DNA of 64,000 bases from Nitrospirota bacterium. GTDB lineage: Bacteria; Nitrospirota; Thermodesulfovibrionia; Thermodesulfovibrionales; Dissulfurispiraceae. The notes below the pieces were generated by a model. It saw only the letters and a program-made list of their open reading frames with translations. It did no database searches and was not told the origin of the DNA. Shown here in pieces: positions 1 to 10,513 of the stretch. Made by a program: the position numbers and the translations under genes. Where the stretch lies: positions 64,001 through 128,000 of the forward strand of contig CAVPZX010000002.1 of NCBI GenBank assembly GCA_963710375.1, in the 5' to 3' direction. Position 1 is the stretch's first letter, and each line of letters begins with the position of its first letter.

Positions 1-873
1 GGCTATTTTAGGCAAAAGACTCGTTTCAGTCATTCCCGGTATCGTATTGACTTCGAGCAGAAAGGGATTATTGAACTCATCCAGTATAAAATCAACCCTT
101 GTCGCTCCACTGCACCCGAGTGCATTATGGGCCCGTAAGGCCGATACTTTAAGAGTATCGTAGGCTGAAGGACCTATTTCAGGCGGCAATATATAGTTTG
201 TAAGACCAGGGGTATATTTCGCCTCGTATGTATAAAACTCCCTTAAGGGTCTCACTTCTACGCCGCCCAGCACCATCTGCCCGAGAATTCCGATCTGTAT
301 CTCTTTCCCTTTTATATAACGTTCGACAAGAACTCTCTCCCCATAAGCAAATGCTTCCTTTAATGCCGCCGCCAGCTCTACCTCATCCCTCACTATACTT
401 ACGCCTATGCTCGATCCTTCAGTCGCGGGCTTGACCACCCACGGCAGAGGAAAATCCGCAGCAGCGGTGACCACCCCAGTGTTGGTCGCTCCAGGATTTT
501 CCACCTGTTTCTTACTTACCGAAATGAAAGGAGCGACGGGAATCTCACGGGAAAGAAATACCGTCTTTGAGGTCTCTTTGTCCATAGCCAATGCTGAGGC
601 AAGGATACCAGAGCCTGTATAAGGGACGCCCATAACCTCTAACATGCCCTGAATCGCCCCGTTTTCACCATGTCCTCCATGGAGCACGACATAAGCTATT
701 TCCACACCCTCTTCCCTGATGGCCTGACAAACATTGTCCGACACATCAATAAAAACCGCATCATATCCCAGATCTATCAGAGCCTTGAAAACAGCATTGC
801 CGCTCTTAAGAGAAACCTCCCTTTCTGCAGACGTGCCGCCTGCAAGGACCCCAATGCGTTTTTCAGTTATCAT
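1..873 (-). CDS. ddl: D-alanine--D-alanine ligase (3' end runs off the window)
   Basis: Not in the ORF track; translated by hand. Starts [25 protein letters not shown] at ATG 873 (GGAG upstream) and has the C-terminal ATP-grasp motifs RVDFILD...[20 protein letters not shown]. Confidence 0.95.
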   Translation of the reverse strand, partial: MITEKRIGVLAGGTSAEREVSLKSGNAVFKALIDLGYDAVFIDVSDNVCQAIREEGVEIAYVVLHGGHGENGAIQGMLEVMGVPYTGSGILASALAMDKETSKTVFLSREIPVAPFISVSKKQVENPGATNTGVVTAAADFPLPWVVKPATEGSSIGVSIVRDEVELAAALKEAFAYGERVLVERYIKGKEIQIGILGQMVLGGVEVRPLREFYTYEAKYTPGLTNYILPPEIGPSAYDTLKVSALRAHNALGCSGATRVDFILDEFNNPFLLEVNTIPGMTETSLLPKIA

Positions 874-1316
874 TTATTGTTTCTCCATAATATATTGGAA
901 TACACTGGTACATTATAAAATTTTTCTGTTACTTTAAGCTATAAAACATATTGCGATCTCTTATCTCTGCATTACACGTCAGACCTTAAACAGACGACCG
1001 AAAAAAACTTGAAATCCCGCATCCAACTGTCAATTTTTGTTGCTGTTGAGATTGAGGGCGACACCGGGCCTACATCCATCAACTTATTGATTAACCAACT
1101 CTTTATTTTAGGATATGCCATCGCTGTCAATATTTGTTTACAATGCAGCCTGCATTTCATTCTTAAAGACAACTTACTAGACAGTTTTCCTGGTCTCGAT
1201 CACTATCTTTGTGAGCGAGGAGTGTAAAAACCCTGAAATATGGACCCATTTCTGGGTCAACTGATCAGCAAGACAGTCTTGTAATTAGGAGCTTTAGCCG
1301 TCCGGAAAATCGGTGA

Positions 1317-1449
1317 TTAATTAAAATTATCTTATTTTTCCATAGACATCGGAATCAATCCAGACTCCACGCTATAGAACATTCCTCACGAATTCTAATA
1401 AACTAAAAAGATAATACGTCGTCTCGACTGGCATATCCCTTGCTAAGCT
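1317..1449 (+). repeat. Copy 1 of a ~133-bp diverged non-coding direct repeat (copy 2 at 13505-13636)
   Basis: Manual alignment gives about 104/133 identities with one gap. Confidence 0.9.
1429..1444 (+). promoter_or_regulatory. sigma54 (-24/-12) promoter
   Basis: TGGCATATCCCTTGCT = GG-N10-GC consensus, upstream of the NtrC-like gene and conserved in the second repeat copy. Confidence 0.75.
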
Positions 1450-1672
1450 GTTAAATCAATAGAGGATAAGGCATGCAAACACAGACAAAGTTGTTGGGTT
1501 GAAGCATCTTTTTATACTGGTTAAGACAGGCAAAATTCTTGCGATTAATCAATGTCTCACTGGAGAATTGCCGTGCATGCTACTTTCGGGTAATTGTATC
1601 CGCTATAACAAATTTTATTAAATATGGTATGGGAACCGAAAGAAACCCGCAGTGCAAGGAGAGGGTGTCGCA

Positions 1673-3019
1673 ATGCAAAAAATCCTGATTGTCGATGATG
1701 AACCATCAATAAGATCGGCCTTTGGTACCGTAATAAAAATTGAAGGATATTCTGTTTTGGAGGCTTCTGACGGAAAACGTGGTGTGGAAATCTTCGATGA
1801 GGAACGTCCCGATGCCGTCATCCTCGATCTCAAAATGCCCGGGATGGACGGTATTGAAACAATGAAGAAGATGAAAACAATCGATTCTTCCATTCCAATT
1901 ATTATTGCTACGGGTTACGGTGATATTCGGACCGCTGTTGAAGCGATCAAAATGGGTGCTTACGATTTCATTACAAAGTCCTCTGAGTTGGAAGTGCTGC
2001 TCCTGACTTTGAGAAGGGCGATCGAGAAACGGGAACTGGAACTGGGAGCAGGAAGATTACAAAAGAATGTCGATGAATCTTATGAAGTTTTCCTGGGTAA
2101 AAGTCCGGCCATGAAAAAAGTGATATCACAGGTACAGCAGGTTGCCGCGACCAACTTTTCTTTAATAATTCAGGGAGAGACAGGGACAGGCAAATCTTAC
2201 ATCGCAAATATGATTCATGGCCTGAGCAAAAGGTCCGGAGGGAAATTTGTCACCATAGATATGGGCGCTATTCCTGACGCGCTTGCTGAAAGTGAGCTTT
2301 TCGGCTATGAGAAAGGGGCGTTCACCGGGGCCGAAAAAAGAAAAGTCGGCATGTTCCAGATTGCAAATGGCGGGACTATCCTCATTGACGAACTACAGAA
2401 TATGACCCCGAATGTCCAGATAAAAATGCTCAGGGTCATGGAAGAAAAAAAAATAATCCCGCTTGGAAGCCTCCTGCCTGTAGATATCGACGTTCGCGTT
2501 ATTGCGGCAACCAATGCAGATCTAGAAAAGGAAGTTGCCGAGAAGAAGTTCAGAAAAGACCTTTTCTTTCGCCTCAATGAGATGACCATAAAGCTGCCGG
2601 CTTTAAGAGATAGAATAGGGGATGTCCCTTTCCTCGCCGTCAAATTTTGCCAGCAGGCATGTGTAGAGCTTGATAAGAATATTCACGAGATCACCGATGA
2701 CGCCTTCGATTGTTTGAAAAGTTATCATTGGCCTGGGAATGTCAGGCAATTGAAGAACACCATGAGACGGCTGGTCCTTTTTTGCAGCGGCAGCGTCATT
2801 GACGCAGATAACATTAAGGCCCTACTGGGAGACGAAAGCCGGAAAGGAGATGCCCAATCGTCAGATGATATCGGTGACATCACATTGAAGGGTGTCGAGA
2901 GAGCAGCTATAAAAAAGGCACTGGCACTGGCAAATGGTAATAAGACAAAAGCCGCTTCCTTACTTCAGATAGATTATACAACCCTCCTGAGAAAGATTAA
3001 AATTCTCAATATTAGTTAA
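1673..3019 (+). CDS. sigma54-dependent response regulator (REC-AAA+-Fis HTH, NtrC/AtoC family)
   Basis: REC domain (ILIVDD, ILDLKMP), Walker A GETGTGKS, GAFTGA loop, WPGNVRQLKN, C-terminal HTH. ATG 1673 follows AGGAGAGG. Confidence 0.95.
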   Translation: MQKILIVDDEPSIRSAFGTVIKIEGYSVLEASDGKRGVEIFDEERPDAVILDLKMPGMDGIETMKKMKTIDSSIPIIIATGYGDIRTAVEAIKMGAYDFITKSSELEVLLLTLRRAIEKRELELGAGRLQKNVDESYEVFLGKSPAMKKVISQVQQVAATNFSLIIQGETGTGKSYIANMIHGLSKRSGGKFVTIDMGAIPDALAESELFGYEKGAFTGAEKRKVGMFQIANGGTILIDELQNMTPNVQIKMLRVMEEKKIIPLGSLLPVDIDVRVIAATNADLEKEVAEKKFRKDLFFRLNEMTIKLPALRDRIGDVPFLAVKFCQQACVELDKNIHEITDDAFDCLKSYHWPGNVRQLKNTMRRLVLFCSGSVIDADNIKALLGDESRKGDAQSSDDIGDITLKGVERAAIKKALALANGNKTKAASLLQIDYTTLLRKIKILNIS

Positions 3020-3046
3020 TTACAGATTACTTACCAGCTGCTTCTT

Positions 3047-3080
3047 CTTGTATTTTGCAATAGTTATTGCAAAATACAAG
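3047..3080. promoter_or_regulatory. Perfect 16-bp inverted repeat; candidate enhancer (UAS) for the sigma54 activator, or a terminator
   Basis: CTTGTATTTTGCAATA-gt-TATTGCAAAATACAAG, ending about 55 bp upstream of a sigma54-like promoter. Confidence 0.6.
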
Positions 3081-3134
3081 ATTTATCCGTCAAGCATTTT
3101 TTAAAGTCCTTTGGAATTCCAAGAAGTTCCACTT

Positions 3135-3150
3135 TGGCACATATCTTGTA
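3135..3150 (+). promoter_or_regulatory. sigma54-like promoter of the chemosensory operon
   Basis: TGGCACATATCTTGTA: perfect -24 element and correct spacing, but -12 reads GT instead of GC. Confidence 0.6.
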
Positions 3151-3250
3151 TCTATAAGAATTGAATTTCAACTTGTCTGATTACAAATTTATGTCCTTGT
3201 ATCATGCGAGAGCAGCTATATTCCGGTTAATAGACCGGTAATAAGTAAAG

Positions 3251-3637
3251 ATGGTCAAGAACGAAAATCATAAAGACCACATATTGGTAGTTGATGACGA
3301 TATTTCTTGCCGGACAGCCATTTGCCTATTGTTTGAAAAAGGCGGCTTCAGCGTAAGCACGGCGAGCAGCGGAGAAGATGCGCTTGTGATGATCATGAAG
3401 GCTGATAGTAAATACGATCTGGTATTCGTTGACCTGGAGATGCCGGGAATGTCGGGTTTTAAGCTGGTCAAAAAATTGAAAAAGGACCATGTCGATGTTC
3501 CCGTCTTTGTTGTATCGGGGTTTCAGGACAAGATGATGATTATTGAAATGCTCAACAAAAATTGTAAGCAAGTTTTCGCTGATATGGCAAATAAACAGGG
3601 AGAATATGCGTACACACGGAGGACCGGTGAGAACTGA
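3251..3637 (+). CDS. Single-domain response regulator (atypical C-terminus)
   Basis: ILVVDDD, phospho-acceptor [11 protein letters not shown] and VVSG are present; there is no recognisable K-P motif. Confidence 0.8.
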   Translation: MVKNENHKDHILVVDDDISCRTAICLLFEKGGFSVSTASSGEDALVMIMKADSKYDLVFVDLEMPGMSGFKLVKKLKKDHVDVPVFVVSGFQDKMMIIEMLNKNCKQVFADMANKQGEYAYTRRTGEN

Positions 3638-4796
3638 CCTGAAACTGCTCCGCAAAATAACCGTAAGCGCTTTGCTGGTGCTGCCTCCCGCTTTTATAGG
3701 CAATATGTTCTTTAGAATAGTCCTGACAACCATGGCCTGCACGGTTTCTGTGCTTTTCATCTATTTTATGATGAGACACCGGATAGTATCAATAAAGAAC
3801 AGGTTTTCGGAAAAACTTCAAAGGCAGGTTACGGAAAGTGATACTCTGATCGCCTCGATAGCGACAGTATTGTCAGAGAAAGCGAGGATTATACCGGTGC
3901 TGGCAAACCAGCTCAGGGAGGTGACAGAACAGACAGAGAATGCGGCCCTCGATATAGGGGAGCGATTCATGAATATTGTGGAAAGGGCGAATAATCAATC
4001 TGCAAGGGCATCGGAAGCAGTTGGCAGTTTTGCAGGCAACGGAAACAGAAACAGCAACAGCACTGCGCTTATCGAATTGAGCAAAAACGTTCTTACAGAG
4101 GTAATTGAAAGATTAAAGAAAAGCACAGCGACTGAGCAGCAGACACTCAGGGATATAGAGATTGTGATTGACGATACGTCCAGCATAAAAAAAGCGGTGG
4201 GCGAGATCGAATATATAGCTGACCAGACCAACCTCCTGGCATTGAATGCCGCTATTGAGGCAGCAAGGGCAGGCGAGCACGGCAGGGGGTTCGCCGTAGT
4301 AGCGGATGAAGTAAGAAGGCTTTCGGACAGGTCAAATACTGCGGCAGACGATGTCCGGAAACTCATATCAAAGGTAGAGGCACATATCAGAGAGATACAT
4401 GGGCGGACCGAAAAGGGCACTTCCGAGAGCGCGGCAAGGTCCCACGAAGCAGAATCCGTTGTAAGCGATACCCTGCAAAAACTCGATGCTGTCATGAACG
4501 AGGCCCGCAATAGGCTTGATGAACTTACCAGGGAAACCGGGACCCTTGCCCAGGACATAAGCAGTGTAGTGATATCGATGCAGTTTCAGGACATAACGAG
4601 GCAGCGGATAGAGCACGTGGTAGAACCTCTCTTGGCATTTAAAACAGATTTTGAGGGTATAACACAAAAGACTGAGCATATCCATGAGGACCTGCCGTCC
4701 GGAGACAACGGAGATACGGAATGGCTGGAGAAGATGTACACAATGGAGTCTGAAAGAAAAGTGATGGAAAAGACATTAACGGTGTTAGGTAAATGA
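3627..4796 (+). CDS. Methyl-accepting chemotaxis-like protein (McpA-like, QFQD motif)
   Basis: Two N-terminal hydrophobic segments, MCP hairpin [35 protein letters not shown]-terminal [14 protein letters not shown] and YTMESER. GTG 3627 follows GGAGG. Confidence 0.85.
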   Translation: MRTDLKLLRKITVSALLVLPPAFIGNMFFRIVLTTMACTVSVLFIYFMMRHRIVSIKNRFSEKLQRQVTESDTLIASIATVLSEKARIIPVLANQLREVTEQTENAALDIGERFMNIVERANNQSARASEAVGSFAGNGNRNSNSTALIELSKNVLTEVIERLKKSTATEQQTLRDIEIVIDDTSSIKKAVGEIEYIADQTNLLALNAAIEAARAGEHGRGFAVVADEVRRLSDRSNTAADDVRKLISKVEAHIREIHGRTEKGTSESAARSHEAESVVSDTLQKLDAVMNEARNRLDELTRETGTLAQDISSVVISMQFQDITRQRIEHVVEPLLAFKTDFEGITQKTEHIHEDLPSGDNGDTEWLEKMYTMESERKVMEKTLTVLGK

Positions 4797-4905
4797 AAAC
4801 AGGCAATGGGCAATGGGCAATAGGCAATGGGTCAAGGTCATAAAAATAAAAAGATTCTTTTCTCTTTTTCCCATAGCCTATTGCCCATTGCCTATAGCCT
4901 GTTTT
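4796..4905. repeat. Intergenic hairpin built from heptamer tandem repeats (GGCAATG/A)
   Basis: 36-nt arms at 4796-4831 and 4870-4905, 33/36 complementary, with a 38-nt loop. Confidence 0.9.
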
Positions 4906-4924
4906 AGAGAGGAGGTGTAGGGTA

Positions 4925-5290
4925 ATGGCAAAGACAGTATTGGTTGTGGACGATTCGGCATCAATGAGACAGCTTGTGGGCTTTGCACTGAAGAGCGCGG
5001 GTTACGAAGTGGTTGCGGCAGTGCATGGCAAAGACGCACTTGATAAAGTTAACGGCACGAAAGTCGAGATGGTGATAACAGACCTGAATATGCCTGAAAT
5101 GGACGGGATTGAACTCATCAAACAACTGAGGACTAAACCTGCAACTAAGTTCACTCCTATAGTGATGCTGACTACTGAATCCCAGGAGGCAAAAAAACAG
5201 GAGGGGCAGCAGGCAGGAGCCAGCGGTTGGATCGTTAAACCCTTCACCCCTGAAAAGCTTTTGGAAATAGTAAAGAAATTTGTGCATTAA
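4925..5290 (+). CDS. cheY: Chemotaxis response regulator CheY
   Basis: 121-aa REC protein (ITDLNMPEMDG, MLTTES, GWIVKPF) within a che operon. Confidence 0.93.
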   Translation: MAKTVLVVDDSASMRQLVGFALKSAGYEVVAAVHGKDALDKVNGTKVEMVITDLNMPEMDGIELIKQLRTKPATKFTPIVMLTTESQEAKKQEGQQAGASGWIVKPFTPEKLLEIVKKFVH

Positions 5291-5323
5291 TTCACGTCGC
5301 GCAGCATACGAGGAGGAGGGAAC

Positions 5324-5690
5324 ATGAACGATTTTAGCCTTGAACAGTCGGGGAACGTTGCGGTGTTGGCGGTAAACAGACTCTATAACGGTGGAGAAGG
5401 CAAGCGAACTGAAAGATATCCTGCTGAAGGCTGCCAATGCCGCGGAACATGTGGTGGTAGATCTCGAAAGAGTGACAGAGGTTGATGTGGCGTGCCTTCA
5501 GATTCTTTGCTCGGCGCATAGAACTTTGACGAGACTGAAGAAGCGCATTACGCTGGGCAGAATCCGGCCCGAGGTTTTTCGCAAGGCGGTGGAATGCGCC
5601 GGATTCGACCGCCACACGGGTTGCGTCCTGGATACAACCAGGTCGTGTCTTTGGGTGCAAGCGAAAGAAAACAACTTCGCGCCTGCTTAG
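5324..5690 (+). CDS. STAS-domain protein (apparent +1 frameshift near 5372-5378)
   Basis: Strong RBS and ATG 5324 (MNDFSLEQSGNVAVLAV) is one base out of frame with the STAS body (VVDLERVTEVDVACLQILCSAHRT). Confidence 0.8.
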
Positions 5691-5714
5691 GACAGGCTTA
5701 ACCGGGAGCGAGTT

Positions 5715-7838
5715 ATGGATGCATTGCTTGAGAGTAGCAGGAATGCCTTTAAAGAAGAAGCCTACGAACTTCTTTCAGAACTCGAAGAGTCGCTTCTTGA
5801 ACTGGAAGCAAAGCCTGATGACAGGGAACTAATCGGCCGCGTCTTCAGGGCTATGCATACCATAAAAGGCTCGGGATCCATGTTCGGCTTTGACAGGATC
5901 TCGCGTTTCACCCATGAAGTGGAGACCGTCTACGATCTGGTGCGCAACGAAAAGCTGACCGTTACCACGGAACTGGTAAATCTGACACTGGGCGCCCGCG
6001 ATATAATACGCGCCCTGCTCGATGCCTCTGACGATGACGATGCTGCCGGCATTAAACGTGCTGATGAAATAGTGGCCTCGCTCAGGAGGCTTGCCGGCTG
6101 TAATGCCGGAGAGCAGCAGGCATGCGTGAAGGTGACACCCCAAGCCAACGGGACCAGTGAGGAGGTCAAGAGACCCTCTGTCACCTATCGTATCAGGTTT
6201 AACCCTCCCTCCGATATTTTTCACAGGGGCATTGACCCTCAATGTCTGCTCGACGAACTCAAGGTGTTAGGAAAGTGCAGAATTGTTGCGCAGACCTGTT
6301 CAGTGCCATCCCTTAATGAGTTCGACCCCGAGTGCTGCTACACTTACTGGGACGCCATTCTCACTACAGACCAGGGGATTAATGCCATCAAGGATATCTT
6401 TGTCTTTGTAGAGAATGGCGCCGTTGATATAGTGGTCATCGATGACGAGGGCGAACTAGAGGGAGAGGATACTTATAAAAAGCTAGGAGAGATACTCATA
6501 GAACGAGGGGACCTTACTCCTGACGACCTGGAGAAAATACTGTCAGAGCAGAAAAAACTCGGGGAACTGCTTATAGAAAAAGGACTGATATCTCCCGATA
6601 AGATAGAATCCGCACTTCTCGAACAGAAGCATATGCTGGAGCAGAAGGAACAGCGCCATAAAACTGCGGAAGCCTCAAGCATACGCGTCGCTTCCGAGAA
6701 ATTGGATAATCTCGTCAACCTGGTAGGTGAGCTTGTTACGGTGCAGGCGCGTCTGACACAGACCGCCGCAGGACGAGAGGATTCGGCACTGTTGAGCATC
6801 GCCGAGGAAGTCGAACGTCTGACGAGTGAGCTTCGTGACAATACCATGAATATCAGGATGCTTCCGATCGGCACCACCTTCAGCAAATTCAAGCGGCTCG
6901 TCCGGGACCTGTCAAAAGAACTCGGCAAGGAAATAGACCTCGTCACAGAGGGGGCCGAGACGGAACTCGACAAAACTGTGATAGAGAAGCTCAATGACCC
7001 GCTTGTCCACCTTATCAGGAACAGCATAGACCACGGCATAGAGCCGCCGGATAGCAGAAAAGCAGCCGGGAAACCCGGAAAAGGAACGATCCATCTTTCG
7101 GCAATGCATTCGGGCGCCCATGTCCTTATACAGATACGGGATGATGGCGCTGGATTGGATAAAGACGCGATAAGGGCTAAGGCAGTTGAAAAAGGCCTCA
7201 TTCCCCCTGGCGCAGAACTGACGGAAAAAGAAATATTTGCACTGGTGCTCGCACCCGGATTTTCGACGGCAAAGGCAGTGACAAACGTATCGGGCCGTGG
7301 AGTAGGGATGGATGTGGTGAAGCAGGCAATCGATGCACTTAGAGGGACAATAGATATAAGCAGCCAAAAGGGCATAGGCACGACGATAACGCTGAAGCTG
7401 CCTTTGACCCTTGCCATAATCGACGGCCTGCTGGTCAGGATTGGAGAGGACCATTTTGTTTTACCGCTATCTGTTGTAAAAGAATGCGTGGAGTTGACAA
7501 AAGAAGATGCAGCCGAAGCACACCGAAGACATATAGCAAACGTTCGCGGCAGGATCATTCCGTACATTAAATTGAGAGAGCGGTTTGGAATAAACGGATC
7601 TGTGCCTGATATCGAGCAGATAGTGATTGCTGAAATCGGGGACAATAACATCGGCTTTATTGTAGATGCTGTCATAGGCGAACATCAGACAGTGATCAAA
7701 TCGCTGGGCACATTTTATAAAAATGTTGAAGGCGTGTCAGGCGCAACCATATTGGGGGATGGGACAGTGGCACTGATACTGGACGTATCAAAAATTGCGA
7801 TGCTGGTTGAAGCAGAAGAAAAGGCCTGCTTCAGCTAA
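5715..7838 (+). CDS. cheA: Chemotaxis histidine kinase CheA with tandem MshEN-like motif
   Basis: Hpt FRAMHTIKG, dimerisation domain SIRVASEKLDNLVNLVGELV, HATPase HLIRNSIDHGIE / SGRGVGMDVV, C-terminal CheW domain. Confidence 0.97.
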   Translation: MDALLESSRNAFKEEAYELLSELEESLLELEAKPDDRELIGRVFRAMHTIKGSGSMFGFDRISRFTHEVETVYDLVRNEKLTVTTELVNLTLGARDIIRALLDASDDDDAAGIKRADEIVASLRRLAGCNAGEQQACVKVTPQANGTSEEVKRPSVTYRIRFNPPSDIFHRGIDPQCLLDELKVLGKCRIVAQTCSVPSLNEFDPECCYTYWDAILTTDQGINAIKDIFVFVENGAVDIVVIDDEGELEGEDTYKKLGEILIERGDLTPDDLEKILSEQKKLGELLIEKGLISPDKIESALLEQKHMLEQKEQRHKTAEASSIRVASEKLDNLVNLVGELVTVQARLTQTAAGREDSALLSIAEEVERLTSELRDNTMNIRMLPIGTTFSKFKRLVRDLSKELGKEIDLVTEGAETELDKTVIEKLNDPLVHLIRNSIDHGIEPPDSRKAAGKPGKGTIHLSAMHSGAHVLIQIRDDGAGLDKDAIRAKAVEKGLIPPGAELTEKEIFALVLAPGFSTAKAVTNVSGRGVGMDVVKQAIDALRGTIDISSQKGIGTTITLKLPLTLAIIDGLLVRIGEDHFVLPLSVVKECVELTKEDAAEAHRRHIANVRGRIIPYIKLRERFGINGSVPDIEQIVIAEIGDNNIGFIVDAVIGEHQTVIKSLGTFYKNVEGVSGATILGDGTVALILDVSKIAMLVEAEEKACFS

Positions 7839-7867
7839 AAAGGCCATAGCGTCAAAAGGGGGAAATC

Positions 7868-10501
7868 ATGAAATGGTTTAACAATTTAAGAGTAGGCACA
7901 AAGCTTGGTTGTGGGTTTGGGGTAGTGCTGGTACTAATGTCCATTCTGGTACTTTTCGGTATCAACAGCATGGGTCAGATACAGGATCAGCTTGAACGCA
8001 TCGTAAAAATCAATAACGCGCGCATGGGATACTCCAATGATATGGCCGGCAGAGTGCGCGAGGTATCCATAGCCATCCGTAATATGCTTCTGGTAAAGGA
8101 TATCGAAAAGAGGCAGGACCAAATAAAAAATATATTCGACGACAGAACAAAATATGACGAAGCATTCAAAAAAATCCAGCAAATGACGCTGCAAGACGAC
8201 GCAAAAGAACATGAAGCAATAGCAGGGGTCAAAGCCGCCGAGGAAACTGCAATGTCCTTGAACAATAACATGATCCTGCTCATCACGGAAGATAAAAATG
8301 CAGAGGCAATAGATCTTATGAACAATGAAGTTCGTCCAGCAGTGCGCAAATGGATCGAGGCGGTTGACCAGTTGACAACCAATCAGAAGAGCCGTAATGA
8401 AGAACGCTATGAAGGATCGGCAAGGGCATATAACAGGGCACGCATATTCATGTTCTCCCTTGCCGGCATTGCTATTGCGCTGGCTGCATTGACAGCTGTG
8501 TTTTTGACCCGCGGCATAGTAAGGCCGCTGAATGAAGGTGTAAATATAGCAAACCGATTATCGGTTGGCGACCTTGCAATGGACATTGAAGTAAAGAGCA
8601 AAGATGAAACAGGACAGTTGATGTTCGCCATGAAATCGATGGTGGACAATATAAAAGAATCTGCATTAAATGCAGAGAAGATCGCGGCAGGCGACCTTTC
8701 AATAGATGTAAATGAAAAATCGGAAAAAGATGTGTTGTCGAAAAGCATGAAAAATGTTGTCGGGACCCTGCGTAGCCTTATTGGAGAGGCCGGGCTGCTG
8801 ACAAAGGCGGCAGTGGAAGGCAAATTATCTGCAAGGGGGGATGAAGATAAGTTCAAAGGAGGGTATAAAGAGATAATTGGAGGAGTTAACAGGACTATCG
8901 ACACCCTTGTGGGTCATATAGACTCATTGCCTATTCCGGTGATGATAATCAACAGGGAGTTCTCAATTCAGTACATGAATCAGATAGGCGCTCAGATCCT
9001 CGGCAGGACCCAGAAACAGATGGCCGGCGAGTATTGCTTCAACCATTTTAAGACCTCTGACTGCAAGACAGACAATTGTGCCTGCGGACAGGCTATGAGA
9101 AACGTGACAGGGGCAACGAGAGAGACCGATGCTCATCCGGTTGGGTTGGACCTTGATATACAATACACGGCGACACCGGTGAAAGACCTGGATGGCAATG
9201 TCGTAGGGGCGCTTGAGGTTGTAGTTGACCAGACCACTGCAAAAAATGCTGCCAGGGTGATGCAAAAAATAGCAGATTATCAGATTGCCGAAACAGAAAA
9301 ACTGAAAGACGGTCTCAGCAAGATGGCCCTGGGAGATCTGTTGATCAAATTGAAAGTGGCAGAGGGTGATGCCGATACAGCAGTGTCGCGCAAGTCGTTT
9401 GAAGAGATATCCGATGCCGTTAACCAGTGCGTTGATGCAATGATCGGAATTTCAGGGATTGCAAAGGAGCTTTCCGAAGGCAATCTCGGGATTCAAGTCA
9501 AAGAGCGGTCTGACAGGGACGAGCTCATGCGGGCATTGGCTAATATGGTTAAAAAGCTTACCGACATTGTGACTGAAGTAAAGGCGGCCTCTGACAACGT
9601 GGCCGCGGGCAGCCAGGAGTTAAGCGCCAGCGCCGAGCAGCTTTCACAGGGTTCTACAGAACAGGCTTCATCGATTGAAGAAGTGTCTTCGTCAATGGAA
9701 CAGATGGTCTCAAACATCAGGCAGAACGCTGACAATGCTCATCAGACCGACAAAATAGCTGTCAAATCCTCCGGAGATGCCAAGGAAGGCGGGAAAGCCG
9801 TCTCAGATACGGTCACCGCAATGAAACAGATCGCGGACAAGATCTCTATAATCGAAGAGATTGCAAGGCAGACGAATCTGCTTGCCCTTAATGCGGCTAT
9901 CGAAGCTGCACGTGCAGGAGAGCACGGCAAAGGGTTTGCCGTGGTTGCATCAGAGGTAAGAAAGCTGGCCGAAAGGAGCCAGAACGCTGCCGCGGAAATA
10001 AGCCAGTTGTCATCCAGCAGTGTGCAGATAGCCGAGAAGGCAGGTGACATGCTCGGCAAGCTTGTGCCTGACATTCAGAAGACGGCAGAGTTGGTGCAGG
10101 AGATAAGCGCGGCCAGCAACGAGCAGAACTCCGGAGCAGAGCAGATAAACAGGGCCGTACAGCAGTTGGACCAGGTAATACAACAGAACGCAGGAGCTTC
10201 CGAAGAAATGGCTTCCACATCAGAGGAGCTTTCCTCGCAGGCCGAGCAACTGCAGCATGCGATATCCTTCTTCAGAGTTAACGGTAACGGCGCCTCGGCG
10301 GAAAAGGCAGTACGAAAGACAGTGAAGGCCGTTGTCAAAACGAATGTCTCACATATGAGTGATCAAAAGACGAGTGCACCTGAGCTGGTTATGACCGGCA
10401 GGCAGCCGGGCAAAGCAAAAGGCATTGCTCTTGATATGGGCCATGGAAACGGACATGGAAACGGATCGGACAAGCTCGATGACGAGTTTGAAAGATTTTA
10501 A
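7868..10501 (+). CDS. Methyl-accepting chemotaxis protein (4HB sensor, HAMPs, Cys-rich PAS, signalling domain, C-terminal pentapeptide)
   Basis: Two TM segments flank a helical periplasmic domain, followed by HAMP repeats, a PAS with [17 protein letters not shown], the MCP hairpin and terminal EFERF. Confidence 0.95.
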   Translation: MKWFNNLRVGTKLGCGFGVVLVLMSILVLFGINSMGQIQDQLERIVKINNARMGYSNDMAGRVREVSIAIRNMLLVKDIEKRQDQIKNIFDDRTKYDEAFKKIQQMTLQDDAKEHEAIAGVKAAEETAMSLNNNMILLITEDKNAEAIDLMNNEVRPAVRKWIEAVDQLTTNQKSRNEERYEGSARAYNRARIFMFSLAGIAIALAALTAVFLTRGIVRPLNEGVNIANRLSVGDLAMDIEVKSKDETGQLMFAMKSMVDNIKESALNAEKIAAGDLSIDVNEKSEKDVLSKSMKNVVGTLRSLIGEAGLLTKAAVEGKLSARGDEDKFKGGYKEIIGGVNRTIDTLVGHIDSLPIPVMIINREFSIQYMNQIGAQILGRTQKQMAGEYCFNHFKTSDCKTDNCACGQAMRNVTGATRETDAHPVGLDLDIQYTATPVKDLDGNVVGALEVVVDQTTAKNAARVMQKIADYQIAETEKLKDGLSKMALGDLLIKLKVAEGDADTAVSRKSFEEISDAVNQCVDAMIGISGIAKELSEGNLGIQVKERSDRDELMRALANMVKKLTDIVTEVKAASDNVAAGSQELSASAEQLSQGSTEQASSIEEVSSSMEQMVSNIRQNADNAHQTDKIAVKSSGDAKEGGKAVSDTVTAMKQIADKISIIEEIARQTNLLALNAAIEAARAGEHGKGFAVVASEVRKLAERSQNAAAEISQLSSSSVQIAEKAGDMLGKLVPDIQKTAELVQEISAASNEQNSGAEQINRAVQQLDQVIQQNAGASEEMASTSEELSSQAEQLQHAISFFRVNGNGASAEKAVRKTVKAVVKTNVSHMSDQKTSAPELVMTGRQPGKAKGIALDMGHGNGHGNGSDKLDDEFERF

Positions 10502-10513
10502 CAGGAGGCGATC

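Noticed and set aside
228..937. Short plus-strand ORFs
   Set aside because: They are antisense shadows of ddl, which the ORF track missed because it has no stop inside the window.
972..1227. Two short ORFs where murB might be expected
   Set aside because: No MurB motifs, no convincing RBS and no recognisable family.
1527..1543. Extra GG-N10-GC motif CAGGCAAAATTCTTGCG
   Set aside because: Spacing is right but it lacks the TGGC -24 consensus and has no independent support; it could be chance.
4796..4905. Possible CRISPR array or coding repeat
   Set aside because: The units are 7 nt with no spacers, no cas genes are present, and the overlapping MPIA... ORFs are artefacts of the repeat.
6473..7675. 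400-aa antisense ORF, and similar long antisense ORFs over the MCP, murF, the giant kinase and katG
   Set aside because: They lie opposite well-supported genes, have the S/T/I-rich composition typical of reverse-frame shadows, and show no motifs.
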